A stretch of DNA of 64,000 bases from Thermodesulfobacteriota bacterium (GCA_040755455.1 JBFMAY010000016.1:16199-80198), one strand, 5' to 3'; shown: positions 8,934-18,935, counted from the first letter of the stretch. Translations and numbers: made by a program. Notes: generated from the sequence alone by a model not told the origin.

Positions 8934-10376
8934 ATGACAGAAAATGAGCCAAATGACAATGCAAAGAAAGACTCCCAGAACATTGAACATAAAAAACGAG
9001 CCATAGACAGCCTGATCCAGGTCCTGTGGCGTTCGCCCCTTGGCGTTTTCGGAGTCGGCATCACCACCATCAGCATCACCCTGATGATGATTGGCATGCT
9101 CATCGACATGTTCAATCTTATCAAAAGTCCCTATCCCAACCTGGTAACCTATGTCATGCTGCCCGCCCTCATGCTGTTCGGGCTGATACTGATCCCCATT
9201 GCCATTCATCTACAGCGCAGGAAAACACACAACCACCCCAATGAGCGCTACAATCTTCAGCTCAATCTGAGCAATCCCAAGCACCGGGTTGCCGTTATCG
9301 GTTTTATCGTGTTATCCGTAGTCAATGTCGCCATTCTGGCCATCATCAGTTACGAGGGATATCATTTCACCGACTCCAACTACTTCTGCGGCATGCTCTG
9401 CCACCAGGTAATGGAACCGGAATACACCGCCTACGCAGACTCACCCCACTCCCGCGTCGGCTGTGTCGAATGCCATATCGGTCCAGGGGCCAGCTGGTAT
9501 GCCAGGGCCAAAGTTTCCGGTATGCGTCAGGTAGCGGCGGTTTTCAAAGATTCTTACAGCCGGCCGATTCCAGCCCCTGTGCATAAACTGCGTCCGGCCA
9601 GAGACACCTGCGAACAATGCCATTGGCCGGAAAAATTTCACGGCAAAAAACTCAAACGCTATGTGTCATTTACCAATAACAAACAGAAAAATCCCGATAT
9701 CACGGAAATTGCCTTAAATATCGGGGGTAACAATCCCGAGACCAGCGCATTTGAAGGGATACACTGGCATGTGAGCAAGCAGGTTGAAGTAAGCTACCTG
9801 GCTGCGGACGAAAAACGGACCCAGATTGCCAAAGTCAGAGTCAAACGGCCGGATGGCACCTCCGACGAGTATGTCAAAGGCGACATCGAGGCACCGGAGA
9901 ACGCGGAACAGCAATGGAGAGTCATGGACTGTATTGATTGCCACAACCGGCCGACCCACATCTACGACATGCCGGAGGAAAGGGTTGATTTCGGCCTGAT
10001 CAGCAAAACCATCAACCCGGAAATTCCCGGTATCCGGGAAGACAGCCTGCAGGTCATCAGCAAAGAGTATGCCTCCCGTGATGAGGCCAAGGAAGCCATC
10101 ATCAATGATCTGCTGTTCCTGCAGAAAAAGCGCTCCGCAGAAACTGCGGAAAAATACAAGGACGACATCATCAAGGCGGGCTCCTTTCTGTTGGAGTCCT
10201 ATCTTCGCAATGTCTGGCCGGAAATGAACGTGCAGTGGGGCACCTATCGGAATCACATGGGTCACAAGTGGGCCGATGACGGCTACGGTTGTTGGCGCTG
10301 CCACGATGAAGAGCATCTGAACAGCTCGGGTGAGGCAATCTCCCAGGATTGCGGCATCTGCCACGATGAACCCTGA
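8934..10376 (+). CDS. Inner-membrane multiheme cytochrome c, NapC/NirT-domain, ImcH-like (6 heme motifs), paralog 2
   Basis: Three TM segments; heme motifs CGMLCH (CX3CH), CVECH, CEQCH, CIDCH, CWRCH, CGICH; YSRPIPAPVHKLRPARDTCEQCHWP and GIHWHV. Confidence 0.9.
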   Translation: MTENEPNDNAKKDSQNIEHKKRAIDSLIQVLWRSPLGVFGVGITTISITLMMIGMLIDMFNLIKSPYPNLVTYVMLPALMLFGLILIPIAIHLQRRKTHNHPNERYNLQLNLSNPKHRVAVIGFIVLSVVNVAILAIISYEGYHFTDSNYFCGMLCHQVMEPEYTAYADSPHSRVGCVECHIGPGASWYARAKVSGMRQVAAVFKDSYSRPIPAPVHKLRPARDTCEQCHWPEKFHGKKLKRYVSFTNNKQKNPDITEIALNIGGNNPETSAFEGIHWHVSKQVEVSYLAADEKRTQIAKVRVKRPDGTSDEYVKGDIEAPENAEQQWRVMDCIDCHNRPTHIYDMPEERVDFGLISKTINPEIPGIREDSLQVISKEYASRDEAKEAIINDLLFLQKKRSAETAEKYKDDIIKAGSFLLESYLRNVWPEMNVQWGTYRNHMGHKWADDGYGCWRCHDEEHLNSSGEAISQDCGICHDEP

Positions 10377-10408
10377 TTCGATCCTGGCCAAGCTTTCCTC
10401 ATGCTGAT

Positions 10409-10439
10409 GCAAGCCGGAAGGGCAATCCTTCCGGCTTGC
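10409..10439 (+). terminator. Strong hairpin downstream of the cytochrome pair
   Basis: GCAAGCCGGAAGG-GCAAT-CCTTCCGGCTTGC, a 13-bp perfect stem followed by a pyrimidine-rich tract. Confidence 0.6.
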
Positions 10440-10578
10440 CTGTCATCTCTCCCCGCCTCCCGCCTCCCCCCATTCACCCTGCTGGTCCGGCGGAAAAATA
10501 TTTGGATTTTGCTCCGGATATGTTACACAAGGACTGAGTATATGCAACCCGCCAACCTTAACCCATTTCTCCAAGAAA

Positions 10579-11721
10579 TTGACCACACACACCTCCGGCG
10601 AAACCGGCCAAATGCCTTTGCGGCGCGCCTGGATTGAGCAGCTCTACCGGGAACATGAAAGGATCTGCTGGCAATACGGGGCCAGACTTTCCGTGCCCAT
10701 TATCGAGATCAACGATTCCTCCTCCAACTGGGGCAGCTGGCATCCGTCCGGCAAAACCATCAAAATTTCGGCCAGGCTCATCCTGCTCCACGCCTGGGAT
10801 GTGGTGATCAACATCCTCAAGCATGAGATGGCCCACCAGGCGGTCAGCGAACTTTTCCGCAGCCATGATGCCCACGGCAGAACCTATGAAGAAGCCTGCG
10901 ACCTGCTCGGGGTGCCCCAGGAATTCCGGGAAGCGAGCGGAGACCTGCCGAGAATCATCCTTGATATCAGTGAACGGGCAGTCGGCAGCCCGCACCGCAA
11001 CCTGCTCATGAAAATAGAAAAACTGCTGGCCCTGGCGCAGTCATGCAACGAGCATGAAGCGCTGCTGGCCATGGAAAAGGCGAACTTTCTCATCGCCAAA
11101 TATAACATCCAGAGAATCGAACAGGGCGGGCAGGAGCGCTATGAGTCCCACATAATCAATCACAAGAGCAAACGGATAGAAAATTATCAAAGAAAGATCT
11201 GCTCCATCCTGAGCAACCACTTCTTTGTCAAGATTATTCTTTCCGACCTTTTCGACGCAGAACAATGCTGCACCTATAAAACCATCGAGCTGCTGGGCAC
11301 CAGCGAAAATGTGCTTATTGCCAATTACGTCTACTCCTTCCTGCTGGCCCAGATGAATTCCCTGTGGCAGCAATTTCAGCTCAGCCATCAAACAACAGGC
11401 AGGCAGAAACGATCGTACTGTCTCGGCGTGCTTGACGGATTCGCCAAAAAACTTGCCGGACAGAACCAGAAAGCATTTGACACAACAAGGCATCATGCCG
11501 CCCCTGCGCCTTTATCCGTTCTGGTATGCAACAAGGACCAGGGACTGAGCCGCTTCATGGAGCAACGCCATCCGCGTCTGTCACAGAAGAAATTCGCGGC
11601 CGCCAGGGTCTATCGCCAGGAATATGAGGCCGGCTGCAGCGATGGCAGAAATCTCACCCTCAACAAGGGCCTCACCAGTGACGACGGTTTTCAGGGCAGA
11701 ATGCTGCCCCGCCGCCCCTGA
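10579..11721 (+). CDS. SprT-like zinc metallopeptidase / DUF2786 domain protein
   Basis: LKHEMAHQ (HExxH) followed by HG; DUF2786-type KIEKLLALAQSCNEHEALLAMEKA. Confidence 0.8.
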   Translation: MTTHTSGETGQMPLRRAWIEQLYREHERICWQYGARLSVPIIEINDSSSNWGSWHPSGKTIKISARLILLHAWDVVINILKHEMAHQAVSELFRSHDAHGRTYEEACDLLGVPQEFREASGDLPRIILDISERAVGSPHRNLLMKIEKLLALAQSCNEHEALLAMEKANFLIAKYNIQRIEQGGQERYESHIINHKSKRIENYQRKICSILSNHFFVKIILSDLFDAEQCCTYKTIELLGTSENVLIANYVYSFLLAQMNSLWQQFQLSHQTTGRQKRSYCLGVLDGFAKKLAGQNQKAFDTTRHHAAPAPLSVLVCNKDQGLSRFMEQRHPRLSQKKFAAARVYRQEYEAGCSDGRNLTLNKGLTSDDGFQGRMLPRRP

Positions 11722-11732
11722 TTTTTTCCACC

Positions 11733-12053
11733 ATGGACAAAGAAAATATCTTCAAGAAAATCCCCGCCACCTTGCCCCATGAACTCGTTGAAACCATCCT
11801 TGCGAACGGCTCATTCAAGCTTGAACGCATCGTTTCCAGGGCGCATGCCACGCCGCCAGGAAAGTGGTATGACCAGGAAAAGAACGAATGGGTCTTGCTG
11901 CTCAGCGGGTCCGCCTGCCTGCGCATTGAAGGCAGCGATCACCTTACCGTGCTTGCACCGGGAGATTATCTTTTCCTGCCGGCCCATCTGAAACATCGGG
12001 TTGAATGGACAGCCCCGGACACGGATACCATCTGGCTGGCCTTGCATTATTAA
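11733..12053 (+). CDS. Cupin domain protein
   Basis: ERIVS, WYDQEKNEWVLLLSG, PGDYLFLPAHLKHRVEWT. Confidence 0.88.
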   Translation: MDKENIFKKIPATLPHELVETILANGSFKLERIVSRAHATPPGKWYDQEKNEWVLLLSGSACLRIEGSDHLTVLAPGDYLFLPAHLKHRVEWTAPDTDTIWLALHY

Positions 12054-12523
12054 CCCCCCACACCCCCACCTTACAAGATCGAAACCAGCAGAGACAGCCG
12101 GGTCGCATAGGCCAGGCACATAGCCCCTACCCCGGTCGATCCCCCTGAGTTATTCCCATTGGGAAAAACGCCATCACTTCCGGCAGACTGCCAAAAGCGA
12201 AAATCCGGCGGTCACAAAACACGATACAGGCCTTGCCCTCAGGCAAGCAAAAAACCAACAGCCGCAATCCTAACAAAATCAGCATTCCTATCCAATAAAA
12301 GATTCTGTAATTTTTACTTAATTTTCAGCAAACTTCTTAACTTATTGTTTTCAATATAAAAAATTTTATTAAAATTTAAAACAATACTTTTTATCAAAAC
12401 AATATTTTTTATATTGACTTCCAAATATTTTTCAACATATGCTTTTTATTAACTGGCAGTGTTTTCAGCAGATTCCAAAATGATGAAAAATCGACTCTCC
12501 TTGCTCAATTAAATTTCTCAAAT

Positions 12524-12544
12524 TCAATCAGTTATACTGATTGA
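12524..12544. promoter_or_regulatory. Candidate operator (9-bp perfect inverted repeat) upstream of the porin gene
   Basis: TCAATCAGT-TAT-ACTGATTGA inside a very AT-rich intergenic stretch. Confidence 0.4.
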
Positions 12545-12760
12545 GCAGAATTTTACTCATGAGCACTGTCACACCCTGTATTGATGAAAATAAAATGTAT
12601 CCTGAGAAAAAAATGACCAATTTACTTGCTATACGGATACCTAACTTTTAGAATTAGCTTTAGCTCGTGGAATATTTTATTATTTATCAATGATTTTTTA
12701 CTGTTATCTTTAAACAACTAACAGGCATAGAGACTAAAAAAACGGAAACGGAGAGAAGAG

Positions 12761-13966
12761 ATGACAAAAAAAATGATAGGGATTGGAGCGTTGACCATGC
12801 TCCTGTGGGGATCCTCAGCATTTGCCGCGGACAATGCCGAGCTGGAAAAACGGATAGAGGATCTGTCCGCGCAGAATCAGCAGTTGTCCGAAAGGCTTCG
12901 GCAGCTGGAGGAGATCCTGACCAAGCAGACACAGATCCAGCCTGCCCCGGCCGGGCAAACGGCCCAAGAGGGCGATAGTGAAAAATCCTTGCTGCAGGCG
13001 ATCAACGATCATGTGGAATTGTCCGGTCTGGTGGAAATAGAAGCCAGCAAGGCAGAGGATTTCAACAATGACGACAACAGCGATGTGACCCTGGCCACAG
13101 TGGAAATCGGACTAAATGCAAAGATTTCCGAGTGGTCGATTGCCCACCTCCTCCTGCTCTATGAAGAAGGTGAAGAAGATGACCACATCATTGTCGACGA
13201 AGGCACCATCACCCTCGGCAATATGGAAAAATTCCCACTCTATCTCACGGCCGGCAAGATGTACCTGCCCTTCGGTTTCTATGAAAGCGCCATGGTCTCC
13301 GACCCCCTGACCCTTGAGCTGGGGGAGATTAACGACAGTGCGGCGCAAATCGGCTTTAACACTGGCGGTTTCTATGGATCGGTTTACGGATTTAATGGTG
13401 ACATCAACGAGACGGGCAAGGACGATGAAGTGGACTCCTGGGGGGCCAATGTTGGCTACGCCTATGAGGCCGAAGGGATCGGACTGGATGTAGGGATGGA
13501 CTGGATCAATAACATCGCCGACACCGACGGCGTCGGCGACTATCTCGAGGAGATCGACGTCACCGCCACCCACGACTTCGTGGATGGATGGGCCGTTCAT
13601 GCCGTTTTTGACATCGGCCCGTTCCGCCTGATCGGCGAATACGTCACGGCGCTCGACGAGTTTGAACCCACGGAAATCGGCTTTGACAATACTGGGGCTG
13701 AACCGGAGGCGCTGAGCTTTGAGGCTGATTACACCACCGAACTCTTCAACCGGGAAACGGTCTTTGCCCTCGGCTATCAAGGCACGGACGAGTCCCTGCA
13801 GCTGGGCCTGCCCGAAGAGCGTTACCTTGGCGCGGTGAGTGTCGGCATATTCAGCCATACGACTCTCGCCTTTGAATACCGCCACGATGAGGATTACGAA
13901 GAAAGTGAGGGAGGCACCGGCGAGGATGCCAACGCCGCCACGGTCCAGCTGGCCGTTGAATTTTGA
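12761..13966 (+). CDS. Outer-membrane porin, LbtU-family-like, with N-terminal coiled coil
   Basis: Signal peptide ending AFA; coiled coil; LSGLVEIEA, GKMYLPFG, SDPLTLELGE; acidic beta-strands; C-terminal beta-signal QLAVEF. Confidence 0.82.
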   Translation: MTKKMIGIGALTMLLWGSSAFAADNAELEKRIEDLSAQNQQLSERLRQLEEILTKQTQIQPAPAGQTAQEGDSEKSLLQAINDHVELSGLVEIEASKAEDFNNDDNSDVTLATVEIGLNAKISEWSIAHLLLLYEEGEEDDHIIVDEGTITLGNMEKFPLYLTAGKMYLPFGFYESAMVSDPLTLELGEINDSAAQIGFNTGGFYGSVYGFNGDINETGKDDEVDSWGANVGYAYEAEGIGLDVGMDWINNIADTDGVGDYLEEIDVTATHDFVDGWAVHAVFDIGPFRLIGEYVTALDEFEPTEIGFDNTGAEPEALSFEADYTTELFNRETVFALGYQGTDESLQLGLPEERYLGAVSVGIFSHTTLAFEYRHDEDYEESEGGTGEDANAATVQLAVEF

Positions 13967-14139
13967 TGAACGTCCAGTGTGGCAACAAGCTGCCAATGGC
14001 ATAACACATCGGGACCAATCGGAAACCGAGGCTAAGAGCTTGTCAGCATATAAGCTCTAAATCAAAGGAAGTCGAAATGGTTGTTTATCAGGCATCCGGC
14101 GATATTTGTTCAAAAACATCACTTAACAGGAGACACTTC

Positions 14140-14847
14140 ATGAAAACGAAACACTCAGCAATGTTGGTCAGTCGTACGCTAGCGTATGCGATTATTATCC
14201 TCAGCTTTGCCGTATCCACGGCCGCTGCGGCTGATTATGCCACCCTGACCGGCATGTTTTCGGGATACAAAAAATCCATATCCGATTTCGCCGATGCCTT
14301 TTATGCCAACGACTGGGCAAAGGGCAAAACCATAGCCCAGGACCTTGTCGCCCAATCCAAGGCTTTTAAAAATCTGGCAGACACGGAGTACAAGGATGAC
14401 TGGGGCTGGGAAGCCCAGGGCATGGTTAACCACTCGAATGAACTGGTCGAACTCTGTGATGAAAAGGCCAGTAACGATGCCTACTTTGTCAGTGCCGCCC
14501 TTTTCCTCCACCTCAACCATATTGTGGCCTCAACCCCCCTGTGGCTGAGAGACCATGTGGGCGAGATGGTAAAACAGGCCACCAACGGTGTAGCACAGAA
14601 AAACAAGGAGATGGCCCTCGGCGCGGGTGAAGAGATTCACCTGGCTGCGCACGAATTCTCAGTTTCCGGGCAGATAATGGAGCATATGTTCGCCAACACC
14701 CGCTGGATTAAGGACGCGCGGGAAATGCATCTGCTGGGTGACGAATTCCAGAAGGCAGTCGATGCCGGCAACTGGGAAGCGGCCCAGAAACAGCTTGAGC
14801 AAATTGACACGATTTACAAGAAGGTCGCCTCCTCGTTCAAAAAGTAA
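14140..14847 (+). CDS. Secreted all-helical His/Glu-rich hypothetical protein
   Basis: RBS AGGAGA before ATG 14140; signal peptide ending AAAA; amphipathic helices; no CxxCH. Confidence 0.75.
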   Translation: MKTKHSAMLVSRTLAYAIIILSFAVSTAAAADYATLTGMFSGYKKSISDFADAFYANDWAKGKTIAQDLVAQSKAFKNLADTEYKDDWGWEAQGMVNHSNELVELCDEKASNDAYFVSAALFLHLNHIVASTPLWLRDHVGEMVKQATNGVAQKNKEMALGAGEEIHLAAHEFSVSGQIMEHMFANTRWIKDAREMHLLGDEFQKAVDAGNWEAAQKQLEQIDTIYKKVASSFKK

Positions 14848-15097
14848 GCCTGTTTAATAAAATAATATGGTCGTCTGGCTTTCAGAGACGGCATAAAGGC
14901 AAGGCAGCATCTCCAGGTTGCTGGATAAATTTATCAGTAAAGTAACCAGGAGGGGAGATTCTGCCTTGCCGGCCTTACTTATGCGACAATGGAGATGTTA
15001 ATGCAGTCGAGTATTGCCATGAGGATATCCACTTTTTTTCAGGGAAACCGGCAGTCTCGGCAAAAAAAGCTTAATTTTTTTTGAGCAGGCCCGACAC

Positions 15098-17098
15098 ATG
15101 AAAACTCAGATAAAACTCGGCACCAAGCTTATTGGTTCGTTCCTTCTCGTGGGGATAATTCCCCTCCTGGTCATGGGAATTATTTCCCTCTGGCAGACCA
15201 GTGATGCCTTGAAGATCCAGGTCTTCAACCAGCTGCAGATTGCCAGGGAAATCAAGAAGTCGCAACTCGAGAAAATGTTCACCGCCCAGCTCGAGGTGGT
15301 GAAAAAGAACGCGGCGCTGGAGAATGTGCGGCGCTTCTTCCTCGAATTCGAGAATATCGGACTGATGCAGGGATTTGATTCGGAAGATTATAAGGCCGCC
15401 CTTGGCGACTACGACTCCATTCTCCAATTCTATTCCCAGGGCTTTGAAGACCTGTTTCTGATCTCCCAGAAAGGAGATGTGGTTTACTCCGTCAAGCACA
15501 ACTCTGACTTCGGGGTTAACCTGCTCAGCGGCCAGCACCAGGATAGCGGTTTAGCCCGCGCTTTCAACAAGGCCATCAAAGGCGAAATCGCCTTTGAAGA
15601 CTTCGCATTCTATGCCCCGATGAACAATTCCCTCGTTTCATTTTTTGCAGCGCCTATCGCCGATGAATCCGGGAAAATCATCGGGGTCATGGCCCTGCCG
15701 CGACAGATCAATGATGTTAACGTCATCATGGGAGAACGTTCCGGCATGGGAAAAACTGGAGAAACCTACCTGGTGGGCAACGATCATCTGATGGTGTCGG
15801 ATTCGTTTCTGGACCCGAAAAACCACTCAGCGGTGGCCTCCCACAGTAATCCCCAGCTCGGCAAGGCAGAAAACGAATCCTCACGCCAGGCCATTGCCGG
15901 CAAAACCGGATTCGGGATCCACCGCAATTACCTTGGCAACGAAGTACTGAGCTCCTATACCCCGATAAAAATAGGCGACACAACCTGGGCGCTTATCGCG
16001 GAAATGAACAAATCAGAGGCATTTACCTCCATCAATGCCATCAAATTGTTTACCGCGGCACTGACCGCTATCTGCATCGTCGTCATTGCCGCCGTGGCAT
16101 TTTTCATTACCCGGTCAATTTCAAACCCCATCAACCTTATCACCAACAGTCTCAACCTTAATGCCAACCACGTGTTCAACGCCTCATTACAGGTGGCGTC
16201 ATCCAGTCATTCTCTCGCCGAAGGCGCCTCCCAGCAGGCAGCCGCTCTCGAGGAAACCTCTTCCTCCCTTGAGGAAATGTCCTCCTTGACCCAGCAGAAC
16301 GCCAATAACGCCGGCGAGGCCGACAAGCTCATGGAAAAGGCGAATACCGTGGTGGACGGAGCCAACACTTCCATGCAGGAACTGACGCAATCCATGGAAG
16401 AGATATCAAAGGCAAGTGAAGATACCCAGAAGATCATCAAGACCATAGACGAGATCGCCTTTCAGACAAATCTCCTGGCGCTCAACGCGGCGGTTGAGGC
16501 GGCGCGGGCCGGTGAAGCGGGGGCAGGGTTTGCCGTTGTGGCCGATGAAGTACGCAATCTGGCCATGCGGGCGGCGGATGCCGCCAAAAACACAGCGACC
16601 CTCATCGAGGGCACGGTGAAGAAAATCAAGGCCGGTTCCCAACTGGTCACAAAAACCAGCCAAGACTTCAAACAGGTGACGGAAAGCACGGCAAAAGTTA
16701 CGGCACTGGTGGCAGAAATCGCCACCGCCTCCGACGAGCAATCCCATGGCATAAATCAGATCAACAAGGCGGTTACCGAAATGGACAAGGTGGTCCAGCT
16801 GACAGCTGCCAATGCCATGGAAAATGCCAGCTCATCGGAGGAAATGACCGGCCAGGCCGAGCAGATGAAAACCCTGGTCAACGATCTTGTCGGCCTTGTG
16901 GGCAACAACAAGGCAAAAAAAGAACAAACAACCGCTACGACGGCCGAAACCGTCAAGGAAGCCCGGCCCCGGCCTGTCGCCCCTGCTGTGGCGAAACGAC
17001 AACCGCCGCCTGGCAGACCAGCTCTGGTCCATAAACCAAAGCTTGCAACCCCTGCACAGGTCATCCCCTTTGACGACGAGGATTTCAAGGATTTCTAA
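15098..17098 (+). CDS. Methyl-accepting chemotaxis protein with Cache-type sensor
   Basis: Two TM segments; signalling hairpin [38 protein letters not shown]-terminal pentapeptide-like DFKDF. Confidence 0.95.
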   Translation: MKTQIKLGTKLIGSFLLVGIIPLLVMGIISLWQTSDALKIQVFNQLQIAREIKKSQLEKMFTAQLEVVKKNAALENVRRFFLEFENIGLMQGFDSEDYKAALGDYDSILQFYSQGFEDLFLISQKGDVVYSVKHNSDFGVNLLSGQHQDSGLARAFNKAIKGEIAFEDFAFYAPMNNSLVSFFAAPIADESGKIIGVMALPRQINDVNVIMGERSGMGKTGETYLVGNDHLMVSDSFLDPKNHSAVASHSNPQLGKAENESSRQAIAGKTGFGIHRNYLGNEVLSSYTPIKIGDTTWALIAEMNKSEAFTSINAIKLFTAALTAICIVVIAAVAFFITRSISNPINLITNSLNLNANHVFNASLQVASSSHSLAEGASQQAAALEETSSSLEEMSSLTQQNANNAGEADKLMEKANTVVDGANTSMQELTQSMEEISKASEDTQKIIKTIDEIAFQTNLLALNAAVEAARAGEAGAGFAVVADEVRNLAMRAADAAKNTATLIEGTVKKIKAGSQLVTKTSQDFKQVTESTAKVTALVAEIATASDEQSHGINQINKAVTEMDKVVQLTAANAMENASSSEEMTGQAEQMKTLVNDLVGLVGNNKAKKEQTTATTAETVKEARPRPVAPAVAKRQPPPGRPALVHKPKLATPAQVIPFDDEDFKDF

Positions 17099-17117
17099 CA
17101 GGTGGGGAAAAACAACA

Positions 17118-17918
17118 ATGAAGACACGTATGGCCGCCATCATCCTAGCAGCCTCTTTCTTGCTGATGTCAGATCAGGCATCCAGTTCACCGCTGCTCTG
17201 GGCCCATGATGCTGCCGGCCAGCTCGGCACGGTTGATCTTGCCGACAGCAGTGTTGCCATCATCGGTTCCATGGGCGCTGTCATGACCGATATCGCCTAT
17301 GATGCGGACGGCAACCTGTGGGGCATCACCCCGACGGATCTGTACCGAATCAATCCCCATACCGCGGCGACAACCCTTATCGGCGCCCACAACATTCCCC
17401 AGGGCAATGCTCTGGTTTTCGGTACTGATGGTTTGCTCTATGCAGCCGGCGGCAGCACGACAAAACTCTTCACCCTTGATCCCGCAACGGGAAACGGAAC
17501 CAGCATCGGCGCCACCGGCTTCTTTTCCGCCGGCGATCTGGCCTTTTACCGCGGCAACCTCTACCTCTCATCCACCCACAGCGAGCTGATCCGTATTGAC
17601 CTGAACAACAACGCTGCCGGCAGCAAAATCGGCGAGTTCGGCTTCTACAACGTCTACGGCCTGGCAACGGCAGACAACGATACCCTGTATGGCATTTCCG
17701 CAACCAAGATCTTCTCGGTTGACATTGTCACCGGCAAAGGCACCCTGATTCTGGACTACAAGGGCAAGGTCCTGGGTTCCTCTTATGGCTCAAGTTTCAT
17801 CACCGAGTCCATCCCGCAACCTGCTGTTCCGGTCCCGCCATCCATATGGCTGCTCGGCAGCGCCCTGCCCGGTCTGCTGATTTTCCGCAAACGGCTGGCC
17901 GGCCTCGCGCCCAGCTGA
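17118..17918 (+). CDS. Beta-propeller surface protein with PEP-CTERM-like (VPLPA-type) sorting signal
   Basis: Signal peptide; repeated DIAY/ALVF/DLAF/GLAT blades; C-terminal VPVPPSIWLLGSALPGLLIFRKR (VPxP + TM + basic). Confidence 0.8.
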   Translation: MKTRMAAIILAASFLLMSDQASSSPLLWAHDAAGQLGTVDLADSSVAIIGSMGAVMTDIAYDADGNLWGITPTDLYRINPHTAATTLIGAHNIPQGNALVFGTDGLLYAAGGSTTKLFTLDPATGNGTSIGATGFFSAGDLAFYRGNLYLSSTHSELIRIDLNNNAAGSKIGEFGFYNVYGLATADNDTLYGISATKIFSVDIVTGKGTLILDYKGKVLGSSYGSSFITESIPQPAVPVPPSIWLLGSALPGLLIFRKRLAGLAPS

Positions 17919-18173
17919 CACGCCGGGCTGTCCGGCAACGATCCCGTCCGCAGATCAACTCTGCTTGTCCCCCTGTCTCTTTTGTGCCATAATGGTATTT
18001 TCATAAACCCGTTTATGCACTCAAATCAGCAAAAAAACATTACATGAAAGCCGAAAACCATCAGGGCCTGCGGCGTGCGCCATCGAGGCGATGTTGATGG
18101 AAAGCAGAACATCTGCAGACAAATCGAGGATGTGACGCAGCCGGTGTTGAAAAAAATAGACGATAATTGCTTG

Positions 18174-18935
18174 ATGACAACAGCCAAAGGCAGACAAAAA
18201 AAACTACTCCCCCTCTTCATTCTCCCGGCACTATCTCTGCCGGCCGCCGCTCATGCCGGAGAAAGCGTCGACCGCCTTGTGGTGGGGAATTTCTCCCAGG
18301 CCCAGGATCTGACCAGGCTGCCGGATGGCTGGCAACCCCTGACCTTCAAGAACATTGCCTCCCACACCACCTACCGCCTCGTGCAGGATCAGGGCACCAC
18401 GGTCATTGAAGCCGCAAGCCAGGCCTCTTCCTCAGGGCTCACCAGGAAATTTCCCATCGACCCTCTTGCCTACCCTGTTCTTTCCTGGAGCTGGAAGGTG
18501 GCCAATATTTATGAAAAGGGCGATGTCACAAAGAAGGAAGGCGATGATTACCCGGCCAGAATCTATATTACCTTTGCCTATGATGCCGACAAAGTCGGCC
18601 TGTGGGAGCGGGTCAAGTTCAATGCCATCAAACTGTTTTACGGGGAATATCCGCCGATCAATGCCATCAATTACATCTGGGCCAGCAAGGCGCCGCAGCA
18701 ACTTATCACGCCCAATCCCTACACCGACCGGGTTAAGATGATCGCCATCGAGAGCGGGCCGGACCGGCTGAACCAATGGGTTACGGAAAAAAGAGACATT
18801 GCCGCTGATTACCGGCAGGCCTTTGGTGAAGATCCCCCCGCCATATCCGGCATTGCCGTCATGACCGACTCCGACAATACCGGCGAGAGCGCCACGGCCT
18901 GGTATGGTGACATCATCTTTTCCAGGAAACAGTGA
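18174..18935 (+). CDS. DUF3047 domain secreted protein
   Basis: LSWSWKV, KEGDDYPARIYITF, INYIWAS, IAVMTDSDNTG. Start chosen at ATG 18174; the ORF track uses 18075. Confidence 0.85.
   Translation: MTTAKGRQKKLLPLFILPALSLPAAAHAGESVDRLVVGNFSQAQDLTRLPDGWQPLTFKNIASHTTYRLVQDQGTTVIEAASQASSSGLTRKFPIDPLAYPVLSWSWKVANIYEKGDVTKKEGDDYPARIYITFAYDADKVGLWERVKFNAIKLFYGEYPPINAINYIWASKAPQQLITPNPYTDRVKMIAIESGPDRLNQWVTEKRDIAADYRQAFGEDPPAISGIAVMTDSDNTGESATAWYGDIIFSRKQ

Noticed and set aside
12091..12106. GAGACAGCCGGGTCGC, resembling the 3' end of deltaproteobacterial GEMM-I (c-di-GMP/cGAMP) riboswitches
   Set aside because: The required 5' part (GNRA-capped P2 stem, GGGACGxAAAGCC) is missing upstream.
12454..12470. 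TGGCAGTGTTTTCAGCA as a sigma54 promoter for the porin
   Set aside because: GG-to-GC spacing is 11 nt, not the required 10.
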